A stretch of 64,000 nucleotides of DNA from Takakia lepidozioides (taxonomy: Eukaryota; Plantae; Bryophyta): assembly GCA_030704615.1 (NCBI GenBank), contig CM060732.1, positions 63,612,001 to 63,676,000 on the forward strand, given 5' to 3'. The translations under genes and the position numbers were made by a program. Below, piece by piece: positions 37,110 through 50,174 of this stretch; position 1 is the first letter of the stretch; each line of letters opens with the position of its first letter. A model generated the notes under the pieces. That model had not been told where the DNA came from and searched no databases. It worked only from the letters and a program-made list of their open reading frames with translations.

Positions 37110-38763
37110 TCCGGCCTAATCCCTATGAAAGCAAGCGCCCACACAAAACCAACATGGCGCACAGTCAAGCATGCAGGTGTTGGGGGGGATCCAAACACAA
37201 GAAATCAAAACATCAACACCCCCACACCAAAATCCATCTGCAGTGCTGATCCTGCAGAATATCCCAGCCCAAAACCCCGGACTCACTGGCCTCCACCAAG
37301 AGAGGCTTTGGCAACTACAAGTACAAAGTAATGAAAATAGTAAAAAGAGGGAGGGGAAGAATAGAGGCCCGACCAAGCAAGATGTAATCATGATCTATGC
37401 TATCAACTGCCAGACTTCTCTCAAAGTGCCTCTCTCTGCATGATGGTAAGGTGTAGGAGGTATATCTATGTCTAGAAACCTGCCACTGACCTTATCCCAA
37501 GCTATAGTAGCTCGCTCTAACCAACCCTCTTCCTCTCTCTGCCAGGTAGAGACAAAGCAATACTCCCCTATCTCCCGCTCATTGAACACTAAAGAAAATA
37601 AAGGTAGGGTCTGACAGTCTCTCAACTCGAAAGCTTTGAGACGGTTGCGGGTGTCCTCATTGCGAATGACTGCATCTCCTTCAAGCAGAACAAACTTGTC
37701 ATTGCTAATGAACCCCCGTTCGTGGTTGCCTTGTGCAGAGCGTGTCCGGCTGCAACCATGTCTGATTGCAAAAACTTGTGTAGCTCCTGCTCCTTTGCTC
37801 CAGTACACCACGGCCTTGTGGCTGAACACCTTGGTCCCCGGGCTGTTTTTGGCTGTGTTCCAAGCCTAGCTTCCACCCACTTTGGTATTTCACCTACAGC
37901 TGCAGAACTGCTTGCTCCAACTGAGTTCTGATTGTCCGGCCTAATCCCTATGAAAGCAAACGCCCACACAAAACCAACATGGCGCACAGTCAAACATGCA
38001 GGTGTTGGGGGGGATTCAAACACAAAAAATCAAAACATCAACACCCCCACACCAAAATCCATCTGCAGTGCTGATCCTGCAGAATATCCCAGCCCAAAAC
38101 CCCGGACTCACTGGCCTCCACCAAGAGAGGCTTTGGCAACTACAAGTACAAAGTAATGAAAATGGTAAAAAGAGGGAGGGGAAGAATAGAGGCCCGACCA
38201 AGCAAGATGTAATCATGATCTATGCTATCAACTGCCAGACTTCTCTCAAAGTGCCTCGCTCTGCATAATGGTAAGGTGTAGGAGGTATATCTATGTCCAG
38301 AAACCTGTTACTAACCTTATCCCAAGCTACAGTAGCTCGCTCTAACCAACCCTCCTCCTCTCTCTGCCAGGTAGAGATAAATCAATACTCCCCTATCTCC
38401 CGCTCACTGAACACTAAAGAAAATAAAGGTAGGGTCTGACAGTCTCTCAACTCGAAAGCTTTGAGACGGTTGCGGGTGTCCTCATTGTGAATGACTGCAT
38501 CTACTTCAAGCAGAACAAACTTTTCATTGCTAATGAACCCCCGCTCGTGGTTGCCTCGTGTAGAGCGTGTCTGGCTGCAACCATGTCTGATTGCAAAAAC
38601 TTGTGTAGCTCCTGTTCCTCTGCTCCAGTACACCACGGCCTTATGGCTGAACACCTTGGTCCCCGAGGCTGTCTTTGGCTGTGTTCCAAGCCTAGCTTCC
38701 ACCCACTTTGGTATTTCACCTACAGCTGCAGAACTGCTTGCTCCAACTGAGTTCTGACTGTCC
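37110..38763. repeat. Tandem duplication of an 825-bp unit
   Basis: TCCGGCCTAATCCCTATGAAAGC starts at 37110 and again at 37935, and the copies are highly similar throughout. Confidence 0.95.
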
Positions 38764-38969
38764 GAAGCAATATTGAGGCCCTCAACGCCAACTACAGCAG
38801 TGTGTTGTCTATTGCTAATGCCTGACTCCCAGTATGCAATCAACTCGTCCAACTGCTCTCTATTCAAATCAGTCTGAGGTCCTTGAGAAACATAAATCTT
38901 GTCCCCTTGTGTGCACAAGCTAAGAGAAGAGACCTGCCCTTCAATTACGTCATCATTTCCCCCAGCCAT
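38220..38969 (-). pseudogene. Additional ORF (about 250 aa) upstream of gag, partly duplicated
   Basis: ATG-initiated 195-aa ORF that reads through one stop to ...EVWQLIA. The duplicate copy (37395-37829) has no stop at that position. Confidence 0.55.
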
Positions 38970-40865
38970 GCAAGGAGGACATCCCCAGATTTGTCTCTCA
39001 TGTAGACCACAACAGGTTCTAGAAACAGAATTGTGGATCTTTCATAGCACACTCACACTCAAAAAATTCCATAGATTTTTAGCAGAGTCCAAAAAATTAA
39101 AGCCTAGATAGGTAGATTTCCCCTTTCTGCAGCTATCCCCCCAAAAACTGAGTCAAACGGAGTCCATTTTACAAAGATATGACCAATTAGGCTCTAAATC
39201 ATTGAAATTAGATCAAAAGGTTTTTTTATTTTTATTTTTATTTTTATTTTTAAATTAAAAAATTAAAAACCAAAACGTTCTCGCCATTATTAGCTGTTCC
39301 CAGGTTATCTACGGGTTCCGAGCACACCACCACAGGCTTGCTCTCTTAGTGAGCTGCTTTGCTCCAGCCAAGATCCGTGCTCTGTTCCAACCACGACTCT
39401 TGAGCTCGGGTGTATGGCTGTGGCGATGGCGATGGCCTGTGCAGCGTCAGACATCTCGACAACGACTGCATTGGCCGTCTCGCGCTCCTCCCTAGCTTCC
39501 TCGCCATCCAGTGGGCTCGGAAAGGGATTCCCAGCTCCTCTCGGAGTGTCGCGTGATAACTCGGGCGACAACTTGTTGTTTCAGCTTCACAGGAGGAGAA
39601 TGTAACACCTGATTTCTCTGTGTCAAGAAGGCAGGCTGTGTTCTTGTCAGCTCTCTCTCTCCTTCCTCATAAAGTACTTCATAGGTCTCAGATGTTTCGT
39701 TGACAGAAACAACTTCGCCACAGTACCAAAGGTTGTCTTTCGACCAGTAGACAGAGATTTTAGCTCCCTACTCCTAATTCGCGCACCAAACGCAGCTCAA
39801 GCGCCTTCAACAGTAACGCAGGGAGTTCGCACTCAGACTATAAAAAATCCCGAGGCCGTTCCCCTCCAGGCTTCTCCGGGCACCAAGAGCTCTCCAACTC
39901 CAAGACTGGACCCCAGTTATGGATGGGGTATCACACCCTGGAGCAGCACGCGTGCGACAAAGAATTGCCCTTCATCACCGAATTGCGGACAACGGCAGAG
40001 CTCGAGCGCCTGGGCTTAAGCGCATCCAAGATTTATGATCTCCGACACAGTCTCAAGGCATTTCCACACGTCCTTCAGCTCTTCTTCCCTACTACAAGGC
40101 CTAACGGGCGAGAAGGTCAGCTCCTATCACTCACTCAATTACCCAAGGGTACCAAAGTGGACCCAGTATCTGGCCTCTCTGTAACGCCACACCACATCAT
40201 GATTCGATTCGATTCGATAACGACACTGACATGCCAAAGGAGCAGGCTCTCTACCGCGCCCGCAAACGTTTTGACGAGATGAAGATTCCTCTTGGTAACA
40301 TCCTTTACTCCCCAATTACCGCTTATACCAAGCATGGTAGTAAGATGTGGTCAGGCCTCTTGAAAGTCGAGTTGCAGCATCCCAGCATTGACGGGATTGC
40401 GCTCCTCAAAGGCAATCATGCCTTTGTCATGGAAATGGCCTCTAGGGTCCTGCGGCAAGGAAAAATTGAAAAGGCATATGATCTACTCGCCCCGCCCGAT
40501 TATCTGTCTCTCTACATGACGAGTGAAATCCTACAGGGTACGATCAGTTACAAGCTGTCCATGCACCTCATCATGGAAACGTATTTATATGGAGACGAGT
40601 TTGAAATCCTCCATGTACACAAAGCCAAGGCTGATTCTAAGTTCTGCTTCATCTACATTGCATCCGAAGACACCAAACAAAGGGGGGCTGCTATTTCATG
40701 AGCGGCATGAGCATGAGCGGCATGAGCATGAGCGGAAAAAAAAAAAGCATGAGCAGACCATTGTAAGTCCACGGAAATAGGGTTAGGAGGCACGGAAATA
40801 GGGTCATGTGAAGTTGGAATGTAGCACCAGTGGACTTGAAATGCAACATTTTATTGCATTTACTT

Positions 40866-41976
40866 GCCGAAAATGGCTAAGTCCCAGATCTGACTAGGCC
40901 CGGAACTGGAAAAATGGCGCCGAATTTCCGATTTTGGTGCCAGTCAGATCTGGGACTTAGCCATTTTAGGCCCCGAACTAGAACAATGGCGTTTTTTTTT
41001 TTTTTTTTTTTTTTTTCGGTGCCATTTTACCAGTTCGGGGCCTAAAATGGCTAAGTCCCAGATCTGACTGGGCCCGGAACTGGAAAAATGGCGCCGAATT
41101 TCCGATTTTGGTGCCAGCCATTCTAGGGACTTAGCCATTTTCGGCCCTGAAAGTACCCACTGGCTATGCCTCTGCTTTCAAAAAACATGTGGTCAAACAA
41201 AAGTTGAGCCAATTGAAGTCGCTCTAGTACTTGAGATGGAGAGTGGGTGAGGTCTGTATGGTGGAGTCTTTTAGCAAAGGTGCCATTGGCTTGACTTATA
41301 TAACGTGATAGAATGGTTTCTCCTCTTTTCACCATTTCCGTATCACTAGAAGAAGATCTGCTTACATCTATAAGTGCAAGGTGTTAGCATAGTTAACACT
41401 TGTGTGTGGAAAAGAGCTTGATAGATAGCTCTTAAGTTACAAGCTGTTGCAGGGTTTGCAAGAAGAAAGTCTTGTGGTGTTTATGTACAAGAGGAGGTCT
41501 TCAAGAAGAGCATCATTGAAAGTTTGAGAGCTTGTGAAGAAGCTCTTGTTCTGCAAGTGTTGCAGGGTTTGAGGAGTTCAAGAAGAGCTCGGGTGTTAAG
41601 GAAGCAAGTGGTGCATGTGTGGAGTATGGTTTCAGCTTGTGGGAGTCTTCAACTTCCATTTTTCCTGTTCGGGGCCGAAAATGGCTAAGTCCCAGATCTG
41701 ACTGGGCCCAGAACTGGAAAAATGGCGCCGAATTTCCGATTTTGGGTGCCAGTCAGATCTGGGACTTAGCCGTATTTAGCCCGGAACAAGAAAAATATCG
41801 TTTTTTTTTTTTTTTTTTTTTTTTTTTCGGCGCAATTTAACCAGTTCGGGGCCGAAAATGGCTAAGTCCCAGATCTGACTGGGCCCAGAAATGGAAAAAT
41901 GGCGCCGAATTTCCGATTTTGGGTGCCAGTCAGATCTGGGACTTAGCCGTTTTCGGCCACGGACTGGAAAAATGGC

Positions 41977-42010
<34 letters not shown>

Positions 42011-43300
42011 CGACGCCATTTTTCCATTTCGTTGCCGAAAATGGCTAAGTCCCAGATCTGACTGGCACCAAAATCGGAAATTCGGCGCCATTTTTCCAGT
42101 CATGCAGGTAATTCGAAGAGCGGATGGATGGAAATCCGGCGCCGGATTACCATCCGCCAGCTAGGTCGGCGGGCAAAATTTCCGTCATGCAGGTAATTCG
42201 AAGAGCGGATGGATGAAAATCCGGCGCCGGATTTCCATCCATCCGCTCTTGGAATTACCTGCATGACTGGAAAAATGGCGCCGAATTTCCGATTTTGGGT
42301 GCCAGTCAGATCTGGGACTTAGCCGTTTTCGGCCCCAAACAAGAAAAATGACGTTTTTTTTTTTTTTTTTTTTTTTTGTTTCGGCGACTTTTTTCCATTT
42401 CGTTGCCGAAAATGGCTAAGTCCCAGATCTGACTGGCACCAAAATCGGAAATTCGGCGCCATTTTTCCAGTCATGCAGGTAATTCCAAGAACGGATGGAT
42501 GGAAATCCGGCAACGGATTTCCATCCACCAGGTAAGTCGGCGAGCAAAATTTCCGTCATGCAGGTAATTTGAAGAGCGGAGTGTCCTCAGCCATGTCTGT
42601 TGCCATGAGATTGTCTGATGAAAATGAAGTTAAGCAGAAAACTTCCCTGAACTTGTTTCCAGTCTGTGTGAAAATCCGGCGCCGGATTTCCATCCATCCG
42701 CTCTTCGAATTACCTGCATGACTGGAAAAATGGCACCGAATTTCCGATTTTGGGTGCCAGTCAGATCTGGGACTTAACCGTTTTCGGCCCCGACATGGAA
42801 AAATGGCGTTTTTTTTTTTTTTTTTTTTTTTTTTTTGGCGCCATTTTTCCATTTCGGGGCCGAAAATGGCTAAGTCCCAGATCTGACTTGCACCAAAATC
42901 GGAAATTCGGCGCCATTTTTCCAGTCATGCAGGTAATTCCAAGAGCGGATGGATGGAAATCCGGCGCCGGATTTCCATCCACCAGGTAAGTCGGCGCGCA
43001 AAATTTCCGTCGTGCAGGTAATTCGAAGAGCGGATGGATGAAAATCCGGCGCCGGATTTCCATCCATCCGCTCTTGGAATTACCTGCATGACTGGAAAAA
43101 TGGCGCCGAATTTCCGATTTTGGGTGCCAGTCAGATCTGGGACTTAGCCGTTTTCGGCCCCGACATGGAAAAATGGCTTTTTTTTTTTTTTTTTTTTTGG
43201 CGCCATTTTTCCATTTCGGGGCCGAAAATGGCTAAGTCCCAGATCTGACTTGCACCAAAATCGGAAATTCGGCGCCATTTTTCCAGTCATGCAGGTAATT
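40866..43300. repeat. Array of self-complementary units (AAAATGGCTAAGTCCCAGATCTGACT...AGTCAGATCTGGGACTTAGCC) separated by poly-T
   Basis: The motif recurs many times in both orientations. The array is interrupted at 41150-41655. Confidence 0.9.
41150..41655 (+). mobile_element. LTR fragment inserted in the MULE repeat array
   Basis: Motifs such as AGAAGATC..CTTA and GGGTTTGCAAG..GAAAG resemble the 12341 solo LTR. Confidence 0.45.
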
Positions 43301-45240
43301 CCAAGAGCGGATGGATGGAAATCCGGCGCCGAATTTCCATCCGCCAGCTAGGTCGGCGTGCAAAATTTCCGTCATGCAGGTAATTCGAAGAGCGGATGGA
43401 TGGAAATTCGGCACCGGATTTCCATCCGCAAGGTTGGTCGGAGAGCGGATGGATGGAGATCCGGCACTGGATTTCCATCCTGCAGGTAAGTGGAATCCCG
43501 GATGGATGGAAATCCGGCGCCGAATTTCCATCCTGCAGGTAATTCGAATCCCGGATGGATGGAAATTCGGCGCCGAATTTCCATCCTGCAGGTAATTCGA
43601 ATCCCGGATGGATGGAAGTTCGGCGCCGAATTTCCATCCTGCAGGTAATTCGAATCCCGGATGGATGGAAATTCGGCGCCGAATTTCCATCCTGCAGGTA
43701 ATTCGAATCCCCGATGGATGGAAATTCGGCGCCGGATTTCCATCCAGCAGGTAAGTGGAATCCCGGATGATTGGAAATTCGGCGCCGAATTTCCGTCCAG
43801 CAGGTAATTCGAATCCCGGATGGATGGAAATTCGGCGCCGCATTTCCATCCAGCAGGTTACTGGAATCCCGGATGGATCGAAATCCGGCGCCGAATTTCC
43901 ATCCTGCAGGTATTTCATCGCTGAGAATTACCTTCCTGCAGGTAATTCTGATCAATGAATTACCTTCCTGTAGGTAATTCTCAGCGATGAATTACCTTCC
44001 TGCAGGTAATTCTGAGCGAGGAATTACCTTTCTACCTTCGTCGATAAGAATTACCTGCAGGAAGGTAATTCATCGACCAGAATTACCTGCAGGAAGGTAA
44101 TTCTCAGCGATGAAATACCTGCCTAATGGAAATTCGGCGCCGAATATCCATACGCCAGCGATCCGACTTACCAGCTGGATGGAAATTCTGTGCCGGATTT
44201 CCATCCATCCGAGATTCAACTTACCTGCTGGATGGAAATTCGGCGCCGAATTTCCATCCATCCGGGATTCGAATTACCTGCAGGATGGATATGCGGCGCC
44301 GGATTTCGATCGATCCGGGATTTCACTTACCTGCTGGATGGAAATTCGGCGCCGAATTTCCATACATCCGGGATTCGAATTACCTGCAGGATGGATATGC
44401 GGCGCCGGATTTCGATCGATCCGGGATTTCACTTACCTGCTGGATGGAAATTCGGCGCCGGATTTCCATCCATCCGGGATTCAACTTACCTGCTGGATGG
44501 AAATTCGGCGCCTGATTTCCATCCATCCGGGATTGCACTTACCTGCTGGGTGGAAATTCGGCGCCGAATTTCCATCCGGGGGCTGGTCTCTGTCGGAGAC
44601 TTGCCGGCCTCTCCGCCGCTCTATTGGATATTCGGTGCCGAATTTCCGTCCGGCGGTTGAAATATGACGGCCAGGTGCCGACCTCTCCCCCCTCCCCAAC
44701 CGCATTGGAATGGCCCCGGATTGAAATTCGGCGCCGTTTTCCCATCTGGGGAGGTTTTTATGTCGGCCAGTTTTCAGTCTGACACCCCGACAAGACTTCC
44801 TTGGGGGGGCCCGGATGGAAATTCGGCGCCGAATCTCCATCCAAGGGATGCTCTCTGTCGAACACGTGCCGACCTCTACGCCCGAGGCGACTTCATCCGG
44901 GCGTCCCCTGTTCGATATTCGGTGCCGAATTTCCGTCCGGGGGTTGAAATGTGACGGCCAAGTACCGGCCTCTCCCCCCTCCCCGACTGCATCCGAACCG
45001 CCCCGGATGGAAATTCGGCGCCGTTTTTTCCATCTGGGGATGTTTTTATGCCGGCCAGTTTTCGGCCTGACCCCCCGACACGACTTCCTTTACCTGCTGG
45101 ATGGAAATTCGGCGCCGAATCTCCATCCAGGGGATGTTCTCTGTCGCACACGCGCCGGCCTCTGCGCCCGAGGCGACTTCATCCGGGCTTCCCCTGTTGG
45201 ATATTGGGTGCCGAATTTCCATTCGGGGGTAGTAATGTGA
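43300..45240. repeat. 53-bp tandem array with a 30-bp palindrome, inverted about a centre near 44030
   Basis: Unit CCTGCAGGTAATTCGAATCCCGGATGGATGGAAATTCGGCGCCGAATTTCCAT. Orientation flips between 43910 and 44120. Longer derived units continue to 45240. Confidence 0.92.
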
Positions 45241-45525
45241 CGGCACGGTGCCGGCTTCTCCCCTTCAGCCGTCATCATCCGGACGGCCCCCCACTTTCTG
45301 ACTGCATACCGTTGGCAGTTATTGCGCAAAGACCAGGGGCCGCATTCCGGAGACAAGGTTCATTAACACTCTGACTGTGGATTTTTGAGATAGTTGGCTC
45401 CCTGGATTTGGATCAGGCTTCGTCGCTCGGACAAATCGGCATCGCATTCATTCCCATCGCTGCATCCCCCTTCTACCAGGGAGCTTCCCCGCACTCCATC
45501 CTGGGAGTCTTGTGTGCACATCTCC

Positions 45526-47615
45526 CATGGCGGAAAACCCGAGCGCTACAGTGTACTGCCCTCCTCACGAGCATAGAGCTTCATTTCCGTGCAGAGGGGA
45601 CACCTGCCGGGTGATGGAGAAATATCTGTGCGTTCGATACCACCTGAAACCGGGGTCGGTTTTTTTGGAGGAGGAAAGGAAGGACTCTAACGGCCTTGTT
45701 GTCGACAGTATTGTTGTGCTCCACGATGATTTCGGCGATGGCAGGGAATGGCGAGTTCCACCATTGGACAGCGTCATATACAGGGCTGTTGGGGACTTCA
45801 TTTGCCCGCCAAATGCACCTTCTATTCTGGCGCCTTCCACGAAACAATCCGCGAATCAGAGAGTGGCTACCTCAAAGAGAGAAGTCCGCAACGAAGTAAA
45901 TCCAGAGCCGAACCCATCCATGAAGACGAGCCAGAACCGGGTTGTTCACAACCTGTCCGACTCAGACGAGGTCATGGAAGTTCCGAGGTCGTCCTGGAGA
46001 TCAGGCAAGTCCTCAATGGACGTCAGTGGAGGAGGGAGTCATATTCCCAGCACGAGCACCGCAGTTCGATCTATTCTTGAAATTCTGCGAGGGCTTCACC
46101 TGGAGGGACACCGGTCGGAGCCTGGCCGGGCTAGACTACAGCAAGTTCGCAATTAAATCGGTTACATGCCTTCCCACCGACGTCGACGGTAATATCTTCT
46201 TTGAGTTCCCTCCTCGGGCGGACTACTCGAGGGCGTCCGGAATGTTGACAGATATGGATAGAAAACATGACGGTCATCCTTGGTGCGTTACCAAAACCAC
46301 CAGCATGAAGATGCTCGATGGTGTGCGGGTGCGCTACGTTGTTTGTGCGGGCGCGTTGCGGTGTTTCTCCCCAACTAGCTTTCACTTTAAATCCAGAGGT
46401 CACAGGAACGAGACCGATTGGACAGGCACAGCTCATCAACCATTTCGAGCTCAGGAGAAGGTTCCGAACTCCACATTTAAGTGTGCGCATTGCAAAGAAC
46501 CACCACACTGCATGTCTGTTTGTAATGCCAAGCAGTTCTATGTGTTGCATCGTTTCCCTGACCTCACCCGAGCTTGCATACACGTTGGTTCCCATTGTCA
46601 CAAATTGGCGAGGGGGAACTCGCGGGAGGCTGCCCACGAAGCAGAGCAGCTCGTTCAGGAGGAGGTTAAGTTGAGATCGGGTGCCAAACCCAAACAGATA
46701 CAGCTCCAAGCCGCCCATAAGATGGCATTGGCCAGAATTATGTCGGAAGACGGCTCCGATAGAGTTCCTCTCGACGAGAAGGAAATGGAGGCATTGCTGG
46801 AGTCGGTGTCCCACGTATGTTCACCGAATGTCCGAAACCACATTGTCTCATGCAAACAGAAAATTGGGCGCGGCTCGGATATGCACTCCATTCTGGAGGT
46901 GAAGCGACGATGTGGATATGACTACATTCATGGAAGTAGGTTTCCAGGACAATGGACTGAGGCAGATCGTTGTTTCGTGTTCAAAATGTCCACGTGTGGA
47001 CCTGGCAGCGGCGTCGAACTGGTTGACAGGATGACGAGTAGGAACTTGTCAAACAGTTTGGTCATGTTCGACCATATCAAGTGAATTACAAATCACCAGT
47101 GGGTGACAATGGGTGCACATGTCTACGACACCCACTGCAGGATGCTAATGACAATTGCTATTTGTGAGATGAAAGGAGAGGACACACAATCGGAGATGCT
47201 TCTTTGGCAGGGAATAAACGAACAGATGGCCAAGGCGGGATTGCCCCCTCCGAATTTCCGTGGTTTCATGGCAGACAACGCACAAGCAAGTTGGGCTGCC
47301 ATTCGAAAGGTGTACGGGCAAGACCCCAATGTTCCCATGGAAGGCAAGGAGAGATCTTGTGGGTTCCATTTTCTGCAAAGCCTTTCGCAGTACACAACCA
47401 GGCTCGTGGCGCCAGATTTCAGAGAGGAGCACCGTTCCATGTGCCTTGCGTGGAAGCGCGCTCCTACCTTGGATGATGCAGAGACACAGTTTGCATGCAT
47501 ACGGGCTTGGTGGACATCGTCAGGTGTTGTAAGGAAATCAGACGAGGGAGCAATGGTCAGTTGGCTAGCATGGTGGCATTATCGTTTCCTCCAGTTCGGC
47601 GACTATATGCGGGAG
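45526..47615 (+). pseudogene. MULE transposase with WRKY/GCM1-type zinc finger, C-terminus missing
   Basis: DGHPW, CAGALRC, CAHC, C and HVGSHCH form the zinc finger. Catalytic-region motifs MFDH, FMAD and CGFH. One frameshift near 46125 and one stop at 47082-47084. GTGAGT donor at about 47616 with no downstream exon found. Confidence 0.8.
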
Positions 47616-48539
47616 GTGAGTTGCACGTCTGAACATGCCAAGTCCGAACTGGCTAAGTCCGAACATGCACTGGAAAAATGGTGCCGAATTACCTGTCATG
47701 AGGGGACCTATAGCCGCGGAATTCGTTCCCATTTTTCGCCAGAGAGACCTATTACCGCGAAATACGTCGCCGTTTTTCAGGTTAAGGACCCTATTACCGC
47801 GAAATTCGGCGCCATATTTGCACATGTCGCTGGGAATTGGCATGAGCGGAAGACGAAATATCATGAGCACAACTGTCAAAAGTGCAATTTTCCCTTCAAG
47901 GGGCCGATTAATATATTTGTTTTTCCTGACACATTGCATTAAATTATTGTTTTTTATTGTTTTTTATTTTCGAAATTTGTACTTCTGCTCATGAAAACTG
48001 ATTGTGTTACTACGCTGCTCATGCCGCTCATGCCGCTCATGCTCATGAAATAGCAAACCTCAAACAAAGAATGCAAGTGCAGGGAGTTCGCGTTGAAAAT
48101 ATGCTGATCCGACCACAACTCAGGATTCGACGGACCAGCCCGACCGGGGTTGCCGCCACAACTCACGAGATCGTAGCTGAAAGGGACGCGTTGACACTGG
48201 TTCTCAAACACCTCAACTCCCTCCACTCACAGCCTGCCGCTACAGAGGCGCTGCACTCCATCATGGGCCAAGGCAACATCCTCCAAGTTCGCTTTAGCAA
48301 TGTGGCTCCGACAGAAAAAACCAAACACACCGGCATGGCCTTAATCACGTGCAAGAACCCCAACATCTATACCCAGTGGTGCAACATGCCCCATGTACAG
48401 GTTATAGACCGGCATGTCAATTTTGAGCCACATGCAAATAGCCTCAATGGTTATGCCCCACCGCAACAGGAAATTCTTGAGCGTCTGCGGGTTGCCAACA
48501 TCAACCAAGCGCTCGCAGACATCATGGACTCAATCAGCA

Positions 48540-49004
48540 TCAAGGCGGGCTCTAGCTCTAAGCTTGGGCACAAATCTCTCAATTTCAAAACAAAAACCAC
48601 AAGTGCTAAAACTAAACTCACCTCTGGCACTCACAGATGCAAGCCCATCTCTCTTGAGTGATAGTAAACTCAAACCACACTGTTGACACAAGGACATGAA
48701 ATACAACACCATCACTTGTTAAACTAAGAGTCGAGCCAGGGGCACTACTATGGGGACTCCACCCCACAACATCCTATTCTCCCTTCATAAGCACACTCAG
48801 ATTCTAAGCAGTGAAGGAGCTCGGTCGTGCAGGCTCAACTCGAGAGAGATGAGCCGCACAACTGACGCTCTCGTGAAGAGAAGATGGTTCAGGTGTCAAA
48901 GTAAACTTGACACCTGACTTAACACTTGAACTAAATCCAAGTGTTAAATACAAATAACTAGATTTATTCTAGTTAGTTTCACACTGTGTTTATTTAACTT
49001 GACA
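48540..49004 (-). mobile_element. LTR of the 19215 family, minus strand
   Basis: Starts TGTCAAGTT on the minus strand. Shares GGCTCATCTCTCTCGAGTTGAGCC and GTGGAGTCCCCAT blocks with that family. Left boundary uncertain. Confidence 0.6.
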
Positions 49005-49059
49005 ACCCGGTTACCTTGTGGAGAGGGGGTTAAAGACATGTTCATGACCGGTTGAGTGT

Positions 49060-50130
49060 CAGTTTGTCAACACGGAGGTGCCACTAGTTGCTGGGGAAAG
49101 TGTTGGTACGAGCACTAGCAATACGAGCGGATATTTCAAGGAAGACACCATATGGGTTGCATTACCTCGCAGTCCCTTTCAAACAAGTGCATGTTCATGC
49201 AATATAAAACTTAGCCATGTGTGTACTAGACAACCCTCGTTGGAATTGCTGCAAACCCTAATTCATGCATAAAGCAACTATGCTATTGAATTCACAGACT
49301 TAGTATATCAAAGGTGACTCCCAATGAGCTGAGTGCATGCTCATTACCTAAATGGTGTGCGGTTTTGGCCACCTTCACCTCTTGTGTCTTCTACGGAAGG
49401 TTCTGATTCGGATTGTGAATCAGGAGAACTCGCACCGGCGGTGCAAGTTGTTTTCTTGCCATTGTTGTGGGACACAATGGAGGAGATATACGGAGCCACC
49501 ATGGGGCCACGTAGGTACTCTGGGGCGGTGGGCACCATTGAGTTGGATGATTTTATCCAAGAGTTTGATAGTTGGTTTGACTTGCGGCAAATGCGCAATC
49601 CACAACTGTTAACGCCTTTCATGGCATGGAAGGGGTTGTTTCAGCACCTTGAGGGGCCGCCCATGGATGATTATCATGAGTTTAGGCGGGGGCACGATGT
49701 TGAGATCGAGGAGTGGAGGATGTACTGGTCACCCGACTATGTCTCCATCACTAGAGGCACTAGAGGCATAAGGGCAGCAGCCACACTGACAGCTGCAGCT
49801 GCAGCTGCAACAGTAGTTTCCATTAGCAGTAGTGGGACTAGTGATATAACAACTATGATGTCCACCCAAGCTACTGCTACACCAGCACCAGTGGCAGTAC
49901 CTGCCTTCAACGTCGTTGTGGACTCGCTGCCATGGCCACAGCTTAAGTGGCACCGGCTCCAAGGCCGGATGGTCCACCTCATGTTCCTGAGGGAGGAGTC
50001 ATGGGAGGCATGGGATTCCTGCGCGGGGCAGCACTACCACTAGCGAGGGGTGCCATTGCCACTACCACTATGTACAGGCCACCACTACCACTGGTGAGGA
50101 GTGCCACTACCACTACCACTAGTGCCGGGT
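49060..50130 (+). pseudogene. Second, internally deleted copy of the 35-37 kb gag family
   Basis: MEEIYGAT.G.RRYSGAVGTIELDDFIQEFDSW...MAWKGL.QHLEGPPMDDYHEF is near-identical. It jumps from FNVVV to the RLAAMATA region. Confidence 0.85.
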
Positions 50131-50174
50131 AGCACTACTAACCCCTGGTAGTGGACCATTGACTACTGCGTAAC

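Larger units (their letters stand above)
40683..48060 (+). mobile_element. Mutator-like (MULE) element with foldback-type internal repeats
   Basis: 9-bp TSD CAAACAAAG at 40674-40682 and 48061-48069. TIRs TGCTATTTCATGAGC(GGCATGAGC)n at both ends. Transposase inside. Confidence 0.9.
39923..48540 (+). pseudogene. ORF1-like RRM-type protein relic split by the MULE (segments 39923-40682 and 48070-48540)
   Basis: Removing the MULE and one TSD gives EDTKQRMQVQG in frame. LTLVLKHL...HTGMALITC resembles RNP2/RNP1. Confidence 0.55.

Noticed and set aside
43300-44600. CRISPR-like array of palindromic repeats
   Set aside because: The spacers are themselves repeated rather than unique, there are no cas genes, and the array lies inside a eukaryotic MULE.
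41619-45246. Many long ORFs with repeated peptides (MEIRRRISIH, DGNSAPNFHP)
   Set aside because: They are by-products of a 53-bp palindromic repeat open in several frames on both strands, with no coding signature.
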